Shown here piece by piece: positions 9,340-19,245 of a stretch of 64,000 nucleotides of DNA (position 1 is the stretch's first letter; each line of letters starts with the position of its first letter). Under the pieces are notes generated by a model. It was given only the letters and a program-made list of their open reading frames with translations. It searched no databases and had not been told where the DNA came from. The stretch lies in the IMG/VR virus record IMGVR_UViG_3300045988_178640. One strand, given 5' to 3'. Origin of the DNA: a virus. Both the position numbers and the translations under genes were made by a program.

Positions 9340-10106
9340 GCATGTGTAGGTTCTTTGGCGTGAACAATGATATTACTGATTGGGAATGGCATGATGACCC
9401 TCATACAGTAACTTTGCTTATACACTTGCTTGCGATGTCTGCAAAAAAAGCGACCGAGTATCACGGCAGGAAACTGAAAATCGGCCAGTTGGTTACAAGC
9501 CGTTCTGAACTTTCAAAAATGTGCGGTATTTCAGAACGATGTGTCAGGACGTGCCTGTCTCGTTTGGAAAAAAGCAAAATTGTGACCAGCGAAACGACCA
9601 GCCAAGGAACCGTTGTAACCGTTGAAAAATCTTGGCTTTACGTTATTACGAAAGAAAAAGCGACCAGCGAAACGACCAGCGAACGACCAACGAGTGACCA
9701 GCAAACGACCAGCGAAGTAGATACGATGAAAACTGAAAGGCCCATCAAAAAGTCCTCCCGCCCCTCCGAAGATTACACACCAGAATTTGAAAACTTCTGG
9801 GCGCAGTACCCACGGCATACAGCCAAGAAAAGCGCCTTTAAGGCATGGCGCGCTGTGAACCCCAAGGGCATTAACCCAACGCAAGATGAACAGGAAGCCA
9901 TTCTTCACGACATAGCCGTTCGATTGGGGCGCGGCGAGTGGCAGGAGGAACAGTACATCCCCCATGCGTCCACCTATCTGAACGGGCGCAGGTGGGAGGA
10001 TGAAGCGAAGCCGACGCACCCTGCGGAAGCGGGGAAAGGATACTACAATCCCTTCATTCAAATGGCGCTGGAAGCGGAGGAACGGGAACGAAATGAAGGA
10101 ATCTGA
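9336..10106 (+). CDS. phage replication initiator / replisome organizer (HTH N-domain + conserved phage C-terminus)
   Basis: HTH SRSELSKMCGISERCVRTCLSRLEK. C-terminal FENFWAQYPRHTAKKSAFKAW...YLNGRRWEDE (Phg_2220_C-like). Iterons lie inside the gene. Confidence 0.7.
   Translation: MSMCRFFGVNNDITDWEWHDDPHTVTLLIHLLAMSAKKATEYHGRKLKIGQLVTSRSELSKMCGISERCVRTCLSRLEKSKIVTSETTSQGTVVTVEKSWLYVITKEKATSETTSERPTSDQQTTSEVDTMKTERPIKKSSRPSEDYTPEFENFWAQYPRHTAKKSAFKAWRAVNPKGINPTQDEQEAILHDIAVRLGRGEWQEEQYIPHASTYLNGRRWEDEAKPTHPAEAGKGYYNPFIQMALEAEERERNEGI
9583..9716 (+). repeat. iteron cluster (putative phage replication origin) inside the initiator gene
   Basis: Seven copies of (A/G)(C/T)GACCA(G/A)C(G/C/A)A in two groups: GTGACCAGCGAAACGACCAGCCAA ... 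GCGACCAGCGAAACGACCAGCGAACGACCAACGAGTGACCAGCAAACGACCAGCGAA. Confidence 0.6.
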
Positions 10107-10731
10107 AATTGGGAAACTTCTGGCTCTGGTACAGGAAATCTGGCCGCAATTTCTGAATGGGCGGCACTTGAGAGACACAGCAGTCATTTGGCAACGGATT
10201 TTCGCCAACGACACATTCGGCGACGCGGAAAGTGCCGTGCTTGCTTATGCAAGCAACGACGAAAGAGGATTCCCACCGCCTATTGGAGCACTGAAAGCCT
10301 ACATCCACAAGATGCACGATGACAGCCCGAACGAGCAGGAGGCATGGCAGGTGGTACGAAAAGCGATTGGGAACAGTTCTTACCACAGTGTAGAAGAATA
10401 TGACAGACTACCGGACACCATGAAGCGTTGCGTGGCCGGTCCTCAATTCCTGCGGGACTGTGCGGACATGGATGCAGACCAGCTGGACACGGTGGTTGCC
10501 AGCCAGTTTATGAAAACCTACCGTGCGGAGAAAGCAAAGATGGCAGAAGTGCAGAAAATGCCAGTGGCCATACAGGGATTATTTGACCGTAAACCATCGC
10601 ATGCAAACCTTTCCGAACCCATTATGGCAAAACTGCCGCCGAAAAAGGAAGAAGTCACCGAAAGCGGAGTGCCATGTCCGGACGCTATCAAGGCCAAACT
10701 GCGAATGCTTTTAGGAGAAGGTGAAAAATAA
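10093..10731 (+). CDS. G39P-like helicase loader
   Basis: LLALVQEIWPQF....VIWQRIFANDTFGDAESAVLAYASN..GFPPPIGALKAYI follows the SPP1 G39P N-domain pattern. Confidence 0.55.
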   Translation: MKESEIGKLLALVQEIWPQFLNGRHLRDTAVIWQRIFANDTFGDAESAVLAYASNDERGFPPPIGALKAYIHKMHDDSPNEQEAWQVVRKAIGNSSYHSVEEYDRLPDTMKRCVAGPQFLRDCADMDADQLDTVVASQFMKTYRAEKAKMAEVQKMPVAIQGLFDRKPSHANLSEPIMAKLPPKKEEVTESGVPCPDAIKAKLRMLLGEGEK

Positions 10732-11291
10732 TGCAGATATTCGCTATTGACCCAGGAAACGTACAGAGCGCCTATGTGCTGATGCGACTGAACGGTGAGT
10801 TTGCAGACGGGAAACTGCTATACGACAAGGAAACGATTGAATTTATCGACTTTGCCAAGACCGATAATGGCCAGGTGAAGGAAAGACTGATGCAGTGGGC
10901 GTTTAACGCAAACGAAGGTTACCACCTTGTGATTGAGCGGATTCAAATGCTGGGGATGCCTGCCGGGCGAAGCGTGTTTGAAACCAGCGAATGGGTGGGG
11001 CGATTTACGGAAGCGGCAGACGGATTTGGCACGGTGGCCGACTATGTGTACAGAGTAGACGAAAAAGTGACGCTATGTGGAAACAGCCGGGCAAAGGACG
11101 CGAATATCCGCCAAGCGCTAATTGACCGGTACGCAAAATTTGACTTCAAAACAGGACGCGGAACAAAGGCGAACCCGGACACCCTATACGGATTTAAGGC
11201 TGACATTTGGGCGGCGCTGGCCGTGGCTACTACCTGGCTTGAGCAGCAGGCAGGAAACAGCGAAAAACTGAAATGGAGAAAAAAAGTATGA
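10731..11291 (+). CDS. RuvC-like Holliday junction resolvase
   Basis: MQIFAIDPGNVQSAY start (RuvC IDPG motif), second acidic block HLVIERIQ. Confidence 0.7.
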   Translation: MQIFAIDPGNVQSAYVLMRLNGEFADGKLLYDKETIEFIDFAKTDNGQVKERLMQWAFNANEGYHLVIERIQMLGMPAGRSVFETSEWVGRFTEAADGFGTVADYVYRVDEKVTLCGNSRAKDANIRQALIDRYAKFDFKTGRGTKANPDTLYGFKADIWAALAVATTWLEQQAGNSEKLKWRKKV

Positions 11292-11770
11292 GCGAGTACG
11301 AACGGACGCCTTGCAGAAGCTACGAAATGCTTTCCCTTCAATTTTTGATGGGGCTTTCACAGGAAGCACACGAGGCTGTTAAAACGCTTGGGAAACGGCT
11401 TGATACAACGGGCATGAAGGACAAGCTGGAACAGGCGGCAGATGACATTGAGAACGTTGTGGTGGAACTTTTACGGACGGTTCCCGTGCAGAAACTTGGC
11501 GCACTGAAAAAGAACATGAGCAACCTGGAAATGGGGATGCATGTAAAGCGTGAAGCTGGGGAACCAAACAGGGAGTATACCTATGTTTGTACACAGACGC
11601 TACGGAAGGTGCTGCGGGATTTGGCCCGTGAACGGTGCAGTATTTGCCTTGGTACATACGGTGATGAAGCGGAATGTTCATACGCCAAAGCACTGGACGA
11701 AATTTTGATTGAGGATGTAAAACCGAACAGTTACATGTGCAAATACCGTGACGCTGAATGGGGTGACTGA
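11288..11770 (+). CDS. hypothetical phage protein
   Basis: ATGA-coupled to the previous gene. Confidence 0.5.
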   Translation: MSEYERTPCRSYEMLSLQFLMGLSQEAHEAVKTLGKRLDTTGMKDKLEQAADDIENVVVELLRTVPVQKLGALKKNMSNLEMGMHVKREAGEPNREYTYVCTQTLRKVLRDLARERCSICLGTYGDEAECSYAKALDEILIEDVKPNSYMCKYRDAEWGD

Positions 11771-11772
11771 CA

Positions 11773-11991
11773 ATGAGAAAGACCTGTTTTGCCTACAAGG
11801 AAACGCCCGTACCAAAGCATCCAGAATATTCCACAGCCGACTGCATAGCGATGAAAGAAATGTTATGTGCAAACGGGCAGGAGTGCCCATTTTACAAGTC
11901 GCAGGAACAATGGGGAACGGAAATGATGAAAGCGCACGGTTGCAGGAATTTGGAAACCGTATGCAAGGATTATGCGAAAACGCATGGATGA
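11773..11991 (+). CDS. hypothetical small Cys-containing protein
   Basis: ORF only. Confidence 0.35.
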   Translation: MRKTCFAYKETPVPKHPEYSTADCIAMKEMLCANGQECPFYKSQEQWGTEMMKAHGCRNLETVCKDYAKTHG

Positions 11992-12159
11992 AATATGTGA
12001 GATGGAGGAATATAAGATGGATAATATTACCGTTATGGAAACCCGAAGTTCGGGCAGGTTCGAAAAGTACTCGTAGACGGAGCGTGGATGTATGCCATGC
12101 GATGCGAAGGAAAGGAAAATTGAAAAGCGACAGCAAAATACAGAAGAATTGAAAAGTTT

Positions 12160-12187
12160 GGTGCGGCTATATGCCGCTCCTTTTTTG
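12160..12187 (+). terminator. rho-independent terminator closing the early rightward operon
   Basis: GGTGCGGC-TATAT-GCCGCTCC followed by TTTTTT. Confidence 0.7.
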
Positions 12188-12338
12188 CTATATGAAAGGT
12201 TTAAAAACGAGTAAAAAAAAGAAAGTAAAAGAAAAAATGAGAAAACATGAGAAAAACTGTTATCATTTGCAAAAAGAATCCTATACTAATAAATGAGTAA
12301 GTGAATTTTGCAGAAAGTAGGAAAGGGGCGGAAGAAAA

Positions 12339-12980
12339 TTGGCGGCGACCAAAGAAGTAAAACTGAAAACCGCTGATGACATTACGCCTGAAATTCGAGA
12401 AATTCTGCAAGACCGCTGGGGCGACCAGGACGACGAAACCTACATTGCCCTTGAGAGAGATTACCGCACACTGGCGCGGGACAACATGGACGTGCTGGAC
12501 AGCGTGGCCATGCACATACGCGACCAGGTGAAGTGGCGGAAACTTCGGGAAGAAGCGATACGCTGCGGTGATACCAAAATGATAACAGCGCTGAACCAGA
12601 GCATAAAGCAGGCCGAAGATATGATAAAAGCTGCAAGAGAAGCGAAGGTTGTAGTGCGTGCGAAAGTAGACGATATGGCCGCCCGGTGTGAGAAGAAGGG
12701 CCTGATGAAGGACGGAGTGCTTACACTGGAAGGCGTTATCGACTACATAAAAACGGACCATGGCGTGTTTCATATGAGCCGGGACGCCTGCGACATGATG
12801 ATGCTGAGCTGCATCAACGCGGCGCGGTTTAACAACGGGACAAGCGAACTGGTTGAGTTGCCGGAAGAATACGAAATTCAGGATAAACTTGGCGAGTTTA
12901 TGGAAGCGCCCACCCCGTTTGAAAAGGACACCATGGCAGAGCTTGGTTACGCGCCAAAGCCGAGAGGTGTTAAGCAATGA
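12339..12980 (+). CDS. terminase small subunit (by position)
   Basis: First gene after the terminator and AT-rich spacer. Overlaps the start of the large terminase. TTG start. Confidence 0.5.
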   Translation: MAATKEVKLKTADDITPEIREILQDRWGDQDDETYIALERDYRTLARDNMDVLDSVAMHIRDQVKWRKLREEAIRCGDTKMITALNQSIKQAEDMIKAAREAKVVVRAKVDDMAARCEKKGLMKDGVLTLEGVIDYIKTDHGVFHMSRDACDMMMLSCINAARFNNGTSELVELPEEYEIQDKLGEFMEAPTPFEKDTMAELGYAPKPRGVKQ

Positions 12981-14800
12981 GCGCTGTGGCGAAGATAAAA
13001 CGTTCCAGCGAAAGCGAAGCGTTTGACCGGTATGCCACAAAGGCGGGGGCCATGCTGATTGCCTACTGGCGCTTATACCCGGACAGGTTCGCGGCGTTTT
13101 GCGAAGCTGAAAAGCCGGACTACACGCTGGCCCCCATTCAGTGCATGATGCTGCGGGCCGAGTGCAGGTACTCCGAAGTGTTTAAGACAGGCGGGCGAGG
13201 AATTACCAAAAGCTATACCGGGTTGCTTAGCCGCATGATACTGGGTGTGCTGTACCCCGGAATTAAGGAACAGTACTTTGGCCCGTCCCTAAAGCAGACG
13301 GCCAGAATTGTGTCCAGCACATTCCAGGCGATTGCGAAGAACTATCCGCTGCTGGCCTCCATGTGGACGGTGCGGATGGACGGGTCCGAGCGGTTTAAGA
13401 TTGAAACAGCGTATGGAAGCATTATTGACGTAGACGTAATGCGCGGCACGAACGCCAACAGCGTTTTCGCGGAGGAAGTGGCACAGCAGGAAAGCGGAGA
13501 AGCGTTTGACCATGAGAAATTCCGCGCCGCCGTGCTGCCCGCCATTCGTGTACAGCGGTTGGTAGATACCAAACTGGACACGATGTTCCCCAACTTTCAA
13601 AAGAACTACGCGACCAGCGCGGGGCGGCAGCAGAACGAGAGCTTTGAATACCGCAAGGACATTATTCACGACATGGTGACAGGCAAAAGCGCCTTTGCCA
13701 TAGATATACCGGGCGATGTGGCTGTGCTGAACGGTATACGAACCCTTGGCTGGTACAACGACATGAAGCGCAAGCTGACCCCGGAAGAATGGCTGCGTGA
13801 AATGTGCGCCAGATGGACGGGCGCTTGTGAGAACCCGGTGATACGGGACAGCACACTGACAGAAAGCAAGACGGTCATGCTGATGGAAAACCGGCACTGC
13901 GGCGACCCGAACGTGACCTACATCATCAGTTATGACGTGTCCTACGCGGACGGTGCAAGAAACGCCAAATGTGCGACGGCGGTGCTGAAATGCGAAACGC
14001 AGACGGAACCGCACAAGCGAGACCGATACCTGAAAAGCATTGTGTATGTGCTGGACGAGGAACCCAGCGACAACATGATGCAGGCCAAGCGGCTGAAAGA
14101 ACGGTGGTATCGCTTTTGCATGGATGGAGGGAACCCTTCCTACATCGCCATTGACGCCAGAAGCTACGGACAGGCGGTGCTGGAAAACCTGCACAAGGAT
14201 TTGGGTGACGGGCTTCCCCCTCTGTGCTGCGTAGACCACCAGCGTAGGGAACTGGAACTGGACGGCGCGTTGCCGGTGATATTCCCCATTAACGCCACCG
14301 GCGGCTACAGCGTAGGCTACAGCGACGCCCATGACAACGACAGCGACATGCTGCGGTATGCCGAGGTGGAGTGGGAACAGCGCAACGTGCGGATGCTGAC
14401 CAGCAACCTGAATGAAGGTGTACTTGCGTACAAGCGCATACACCGAATTAAGGACGACCTGAGCGACCGTTCCATCTACCTGCCATACCAGAAGAGCCGG
14501 GAACTGGCCGGGCAGATTGCGAACCTGCGCAAGAAAGCGTCCGGAACAGGGCTGAAAGAGGAACGAATCAGCCGGGCCATTAACCGGGACATGTGGTCTG
14601 CCACCAAGTACGCGCTGCGCATCGCCCAGCGGCTTGAATACAAGGTGCTGGTTGGAAGCATACAGCGGCAGGGTGCGTGGCAAAAGCGATTTAAAGAATG
14701 GAAAGAAAACCCGGATGCGCCGGTGAACACTGCGGCGATAGCACGTCAAACGCCGCGCAACCGAATGATAGACCGCGCTGGCGGCAATATGCGGAGGTAG
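12977..14800 (+). CDS. terminase large subunit
   Basis: 607 aa, Walker-A-like GGRGITKSY, located between the small subunit and the portal. Confidence 0.75.
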   Translation: MSAVAKIKRSSESEAFDRYATKAGAMLIAYWRLYPDRFAAFCEAEKPDYTLAPIQCMMLRAECRYSEVFKTGGRGITKSYTGLLSRMILGVLYPGIKEQYFGPSLKQTARIVSSTFQAIAKNYPLLASMWTVRMDGSERFKIETAYGSIIDVDVMRGTNANSVFAEEVAQQESGEAFDHEKFRAAVLPAIRVQRLVDTKLDTMFPNFQKNYATSAGRQQNESFEYRKDIIHDMVTGKSAFAIDIPGDVAVLNGIRTLGWYNDMKRKLTPEEWLREMCARWTGACENPVIRDSTLTESKTVMLMENRHCGDPNVTYIISYDVSYADGARNAKCATAVLKCETQTEPHKRDRYLKSIVYVLDEEPSDNMMQAKRLKERWYRFCMDGGNPSYIAIDARSYGQAVLENLHKDLGDGLPPLCCVDHQRRELELDGALPVIFPINATGGYSVGYSDAHDNDSDMLRYAEVEWEQRNVRMLTSNLNEGVLAYKRIHRIKDDLSDRSIYLPYQKSRELAGQIANLRKKASGTGLKEERISRAINRDMWSATKYALRIAQRLEYKVLVGSIQRQGAWQKRFKEWKENPDAPVNTAAIARQTPRNRMIDRAGGNMRR

Positions 14801-14808
14801 AAAGCGAT

Positions 14809-15168
14809 ATGCCAAAGGGCTGGAAACTGATGTGGGCGCCTACTACGATGGAAACAGCAGAAGAAGCCCAGGAATATCCTTTTCACCGGATTGACACGGA
14901 AATTGTACTGGCCTATGGGAAAAAGGCAAGCAGCCTTTTGCTCGTGGCGGATGACAGGACTGTAAAGTGCCTGACGGATGAAGAAAAGCTGTGGCTGAAA
15001 GGCGCCATAGATACAGTGGTTGCGGAGATTGGAGAACGGAGAAAGGCAAAGGCCGTGCAGAACGACATTGCCTTTATGGATGTTTTTGAACGTGAACTGG
15101 AAACTGAAAGACTGAAACAGAACGGTGGTGAGATGCATGGCAGAGAAGAAGCAGACGGCGAAATATGA
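14809..15168 (+). CDS. hypothetical phage protein
   Basis: ORF between terminase and portal. Confidence 0.4.
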   Translation: MPKGWKLMWAPTTMETAEEAQEYPFHRIDTEIVLAYGKKASSLLLVADDRTVKCLTDEEKLWLKGAIDTVVAEIGERRKAKAVQNDIAFMDVFERELETERLKQNGGEMHGREEADGEI

Positions 15169-16900
15169 CGAACACTCCTATCATGAATACTTTCGCAAAC
15201 TAAGTGAAAAGTACGCCGATTTGCCCGTTGGGGCGATTCAAAGCGCGTTTCGCAGAGCGGCCCCATTCAGCGCCATGTATACCAATAACCCGTTCATTCA
15301 GAACAGGCGGGTAAAGGGCATTGGGTCCTTGCCGGTGGAATACGGCAAGGATAAAATTGCCGACATGCTGCAAAAGCCTGACGAAAACGAGATACCGCTT
15401 CGACAGGTAAGCAACATTCTTGAATACACGGCGTATCCCATGCTAAAGATACGGACGGTATACCAGGATCTGCTGACGTATCACTACTACATTTATCCTG
15501 AATATCTGGAAGAAGCAGACGCGAAAAAACCGGAGTTCATTCGGGAATGGCGGCTGATGTGCAAACTGGCGACGGAACTGCAAGCCCGGCGAAGCGCGCG
15601 CATGATTGTGGGTCAATGCGTGCGGGACGGGAAAGTGTTCTACTACCCAAGAATTGAAGTGGACAAGGCCCACAACGTTATTAAAACCGCGTTGATGCAG
15701 CAGCTACCGCAGGACTGGATTAAGATTGCCGGATTTAACAACATAAGCAAGTACACAATTGCTTTTAACATGTTCTACTTCCTGCAACCGGGAACGACGG
15801 TATACCAGTTTGGAGACCTGTTTGAGCCGTTTCTGGGCGACTTCCTGGGGATGTTTGAAACAAAGCCAAGGGTAACGCCCAAAGGCGTGATATACGCCAG
15901 CAAAGACCGGGTGAGCATGTGCCGGGCGCTGGACATGCAAAAGCGCATGGCCGAAACGCCCGGAACACCGGAAGTGTATCAGGAGAACGGAAGATGGTTC
16001 TATTGGGTGTACCTTCCTGTAGACAAAGTATGGTCGTTTGAAATTGACGATGTGAAGCCCAACGTGGTTTCCCCTCTGACAGGTTTGTTCCTGAGCATGG
16101 CGCAGATTGCGCAGTATGAGCAGGTACAGCTTGAGATTGTGCAGAACCCGCTGGTTTCCATCCTTCTTGGGCAGATGGAAACATACGACGCGGTAAGCCC
16201 GACGGAGTCTGACCCGATTAAGGTAAGCGATACCGGTAGACAGTTCTTTGAAGCGCTGTTTTACCAGATGCTAAACGCCACCAACACGGGCGGCATCGGC
16301 ATTTACCCGGCGCCGTTTAAGGACATGAAGCTGGCGAGTCTGCCGGAAAGCCCTAACGCGAACAGCATTAGCGCCGCCGGTTATGAATACGCCATGGAAA
16401 AAAGCGGCATGAGCGCCCTGATACCCACCACGAGCGACGCGCGCGCCGGTGTTGCCCAAATAAGCCTGAGAATTGAAAGCCGGTATGCGCAGCATATTTA
16501 CTGGCAGTTTGGGCGCATGATGGACCTGCTGATGGAACGGCTGAACCCGAAATGGGAATGGCGGTTCAAGATGTTTGGCGACATTGCCACGGACGAGACC
16601 ATGCACAAGGAAATGCGGGACGGAATGACGCTGGGTATTTTACCGTCTGCCATGAAGTACGCTGCACTGAACGACATGAGCCTGCTGGATGACATGAGCA
16701 TCAGCAACGCGGTAATAGGGCTGGACATTATGAACAAGCGGTTGCCCCTGATTTCGAGCTTTAGCGCAAAGCAGGGCGAAGGGACGCTGCCGCCATACGG
16801 AGAGCATCCCGACGGAGGCAGACCCAAAAACGAGGGCGATATTACAACCGGCGGCAATGAACAGGATGTTGACGATGGAGCGGGGGCGAACGCACTATGA
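15137..16900 (+). CDS. portal protein
   Basis: ~588 aa immediately after terminase. Acidic, Gly-rich C-terminus. Confidence 0.7.
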   Translation: MAEKKQTAKYDEHSYHEYFRKLSEKYADLPVGAIQSAFRRAAPFSAMYTNNPFIQNRRVKGIGSLPVEYGKDKIADMLQKPDENEIPLRQVSNILEYTAYPMLKIRTVYQDLLTYHYYIYPEYLEEADAKKPEFIREWRLMCKLATELQARRSARMIVGQCVRDGKVFYYPRIEVDKAHNVIKTALMQQLPQDWIKIAGFNNISKYTIAFNMFYFLQPGTTVYQFGDLFEPFLGDFLGMFETKPRVTPKGVIYASKDRVSMCRALDMQKRMAETPGTPEVYQENGRWFYWVYLPVDKVWSFEIDDVKPNVVSPLTGLFLSMAQIAQYEQVQLEIVQNPLVSILLGQMETYDAVSPTESDPIKVSDTGRQFFEALFYQMLNATNTGGIGIYPAPFKDMKLASLPESPNANSISAAGYEYAMEKSGMSALIPTTSDARAGVAQISLRIESRYAQHIYWQFGRMMDLLMERLNPKWEWRFKMFGDIATDETMHKEMRDGMTLGILPSAMKYAALNDMSLLDDMSISNAVIGLDIMNKRLPLISSFSAKQGEGTLPPYGEHPDGGRPKNEGDITTGGNEQDVDDGAGANAL

Positions 16901-17094
16901 AAATTGTACAGCGATACAAAATGAACTGCCCGAACTGTTACCGGGCGGGGACGCTGAAAGGCGTATGGCGCATTGGCCTGTTCCATTGCGAGGAATGCGG
17001 ACTGATGGCGATTGGCACGCTGCATGAAGGTTACCCGGAAGAATTGTCCGGCAATGAGACCTTCATCAGACGAGAGGATGACGGTGATGCTTGA
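16897..17094 (+). CDS. small zinc-ribbon protein
   Basis: CPNC...CEEC pairs. Confidence 0.4.
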   Translation: MKIVQRYKMNCPNCYRAGTLKGVWRIGLFHCEECGLMAIGTLHEGYPEELSGNETFIRREDDGDA

Positions 17095-17266
17095 CCAGGA
17101 AAGCCAGCGTGTGATTGCCGCCATTTTGGACCGTGGGAACCATGCGGAGATACGGCGCAACAAAGAGGGCATTGTGATATACGAGGTCCGAAAACAAATT
17201 AAACAGAAAATCCCTGACGCAAGCGGGCGGCAGGACGAGCCAAAAGGGGCTGTGAGCAACCGGTAA
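17078..17266 (+). CDS. hypothetical small protein
   Basis: ORF only; start ambiguous (17078 or 17087). Confidence 0.35.
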   Translation: MTVMLDQESQRVIAAILDRGNHAEIRRNKEGIVIYEVRKQIKQKIPDASGRQDEPKGAVSNR

Positions 17267-17315
17267 CGGTTGCGCCAGCCCCTCTACCCTTGCAAAGAAA
17301 GGACGGTAAAAGCCA

Positions 17316-17852
17316 ATGGATATGAAAGAATACTTCAACTACGACAACCCGAAATTTCTTCCGTTGCGCCAGCCTGCCCGCGATGTTGTGGACGCGTACC
17401 AGAGAGCCAACCGCTTTTTGGACACGGTGAAAGAAAGCCTGTACATCGAACACGGGCTGATACACACATCGGACATGGTACACAAGCTGGCGCATGAGAT
17501 GCCAAAACAATTTGACGTGTTTGGCGACATGCTGCACGAACGGCACCTGATGGTGGAATACCCGGCCACGCCGGAGCTGACTGAACGAATTGAAAGCGTG
17601 GACAAGGGCTTTGAGATTGTGATTACGGTTCTGGACGATGTGCAGGAAGCACTTGAGAAATTTCACGCCGTGACGGACACAGCCGACTTTAGGCCCATGG
17701 CGCTGAAAACCGAAGAACTGATGCTGCAAAACAGCCAGGACTACACCCGGTTTTTGGAAGCGTGGATGATGTACGGCAAACGCAGCAGCGACACCAGCTT
17801 TGACAACTGGGTGCTTCACCTGCTGGAAGAAGAAGGTGAAGCCGATGAGTAA
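17316..17852 (+). CDS. hypothetical head-module protein
   Basis: 178-aa helical ORF between portal and scaffold. Confidence 0.5.
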   Translation: MDMKEYFNYDNPKFLPLRQPARDVVDAYQRANRFLDTVKESLYIEHGLIHTSDMVHKLAHEMPKQFDVFGDMLHERHLMVEYPATPELTERIESVDKGFEIVITVLDDVQEALEKFHAVTDTADFRPMALKTEELMLQNSQDYTRFLEAWMMYGKRSSDTSFDNWVLHLLEEEGEADE

Positions 17853-19230
17853 GCTGGCAACAAAAGCCCCGGAACAGGCGATTCGGAACCTGAGCGGTTC
17901 CCTGCGGGTGCTGGGCAAGGTAAACGAGTTTATTTACAACGTGGAGCTTGAACTGCTGGATGACCGGCTGACGGCCAACGGGTGGCGATACATCAACCTG
18001 GAAAAGCACCGCGCGTACTTTGCCGGGCAGCCCATTCTGATTGCCTATACGCGAGGCGGCAGGAAGATTGGTGATGGGCACAACTTCCAGATGAAGCGGA
18101 CGGCAGACGGGCGGGAATACGCGTCCTTTACAGACGCGACGGCCGAACGAATTATCGGTTCTCTTTCCGAGAACGAGGCAGATATACGCCTTGAAGATCG
18201 GGATGGACATAAATGGATTGTTGGCAAAGGAACCATATGGGCCTGGTACGCGGCGGAAGCGGTGGAAAAGATTGCGCAGCAGGGGCGCATGAGCATTTCC
18301 ATTGAGACGCTGGTAACAGAAAACCGTATGGAAGGCGATGTGGAGATTGAAGAAGAGTACATCGTCCTTGGCGCAACGATTCTTGGTGACGATGTGCCAC
18401 CCGCGGTAGCCGGAGCGCATATTAGACCGCTATCGCAAATCGACATAGGGGCGCTGAAGATTCGGGCGGCGTCCTTGAGCGAAACAGAAACGCCCGAACC
18501 GAAAACCCCAGAAAAAGGAGTGAAAAACCGTATGAACGGCAAAAAACTTCGCGCATTTCAGGCGCTGTTTACCGATGACCGCGTTGTAGGCGTGGCAGAG
18601 GACGGCCTGACGGTTGCGCTGTGTTCCAACAAGGATGGCGATATTCGCGCCTATGCCTTTACGGAAGATGAACCTGAACTGGTGCTGGACAGCCGGTTCC
18701 TTACCGCCAGCGCGACTGTAGAGATTGCCATGGCGAACAACACCAAGGTATCTGTGCCTGCGGACGAGTTATTTAAGCCCTTGCAGGAGCAGATTAGCTA
18801 CGACAGCGCCCGCGCTGACAAGGCTGAAAAGCTGCTGGCTGACGCTCAGACTGCGCTCAAGGCCATGGAGGACAAGGAACGCGCCCGCCGCAAACAGACC
18901 GCCAAAGACGCCGTGCACGACGCCCTGAACGAGATTAACCGCGTGCAGGAAGTGAAGGGCGAGGAAATGGTGGACGAAAAGGTTTGCGAGGACGTGGAAA
19001 ACGCCATTGAAAACGACGAGTACACCGACTGTGTGAACGAAGCCGGAGAATGGGATGGCGATGAAAAGGCCTGTGCTGCGCTGAAAGCCAAGTGCATGGA
19101 CATTATCCAGAAAAACAGCATGGAAGCCATTGCCAAAAAGCGCAACATGACCCTTTCCGAAATGTACAACGGTCTGAAAGGCGGCGGCGACGCCACCGGT
19201 ATTATGGCCGACTACAACCTGCTGAAGTAA
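17845..19230 (+). CDS. scaffolding protein, possibly with XkdF-like prohead protease N-domain
   Basis: Position before the capsid gene. C-terminal half is acidic coiled coil. N-terminal FAGQPILIAY...GDGHNF is XkdF-like (weak). Confidence 0.5.
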   Translation: MSKLATKAPEQAIRNLSGSLRVLGKVNEFIYNVELELLDDRLTANGWRYINLEKHRAYFAGQPILIAYTRGGRKIGDGHNFQMKRTADGREYASFTDATAERIIGSLSENEADIRLEDRDGHKWIVGKGTIWAWYAAEAVEKIAQQGRMSISIETLVTENRMEGDVEIEEEYIVLGATILGDDVPPAVAGAHIRPLSQIDIGALKIRAASLSETETPEPKTPEKGVKNRMNGKKLRAFQALFTDDRVVGVAEDGLTVALCSNKDGDIRAYAFTEDEPELVLDSRFLTASATVEIAMANNTKVSVPADELFKPLQEQISYDSARADKAEKLLADAQTALKAMEDKERARRKQTAKDAVHDALNEINRVQEVKGEEMVDEKVCEDVENAIENDEYTDCVNEAGEWDGDEKACAALKAKCMDIIQKNSMEAIAKKRNMTLSEMYNGLKGGGDATGIMADYNLLK

Positions 19231-19245
19231 GGAGTGTGAAGAAAC

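Noticed and set aside
12018-12077. 19-codon ORF (MDNITVMETRSSGRFEKYS) with a GGAGG SD whose TAG could be read through into a longer frame
   Set aside because: The read-through frame runs straight through the terminator hairpin and has no recognisable features. It is too short to support.
13289-14815. 508-aa minus-strand ORF
   Set aside because: It is antisense to the large terminase and has an Arg/His/Val/Gly/Pro-rich junk composition.
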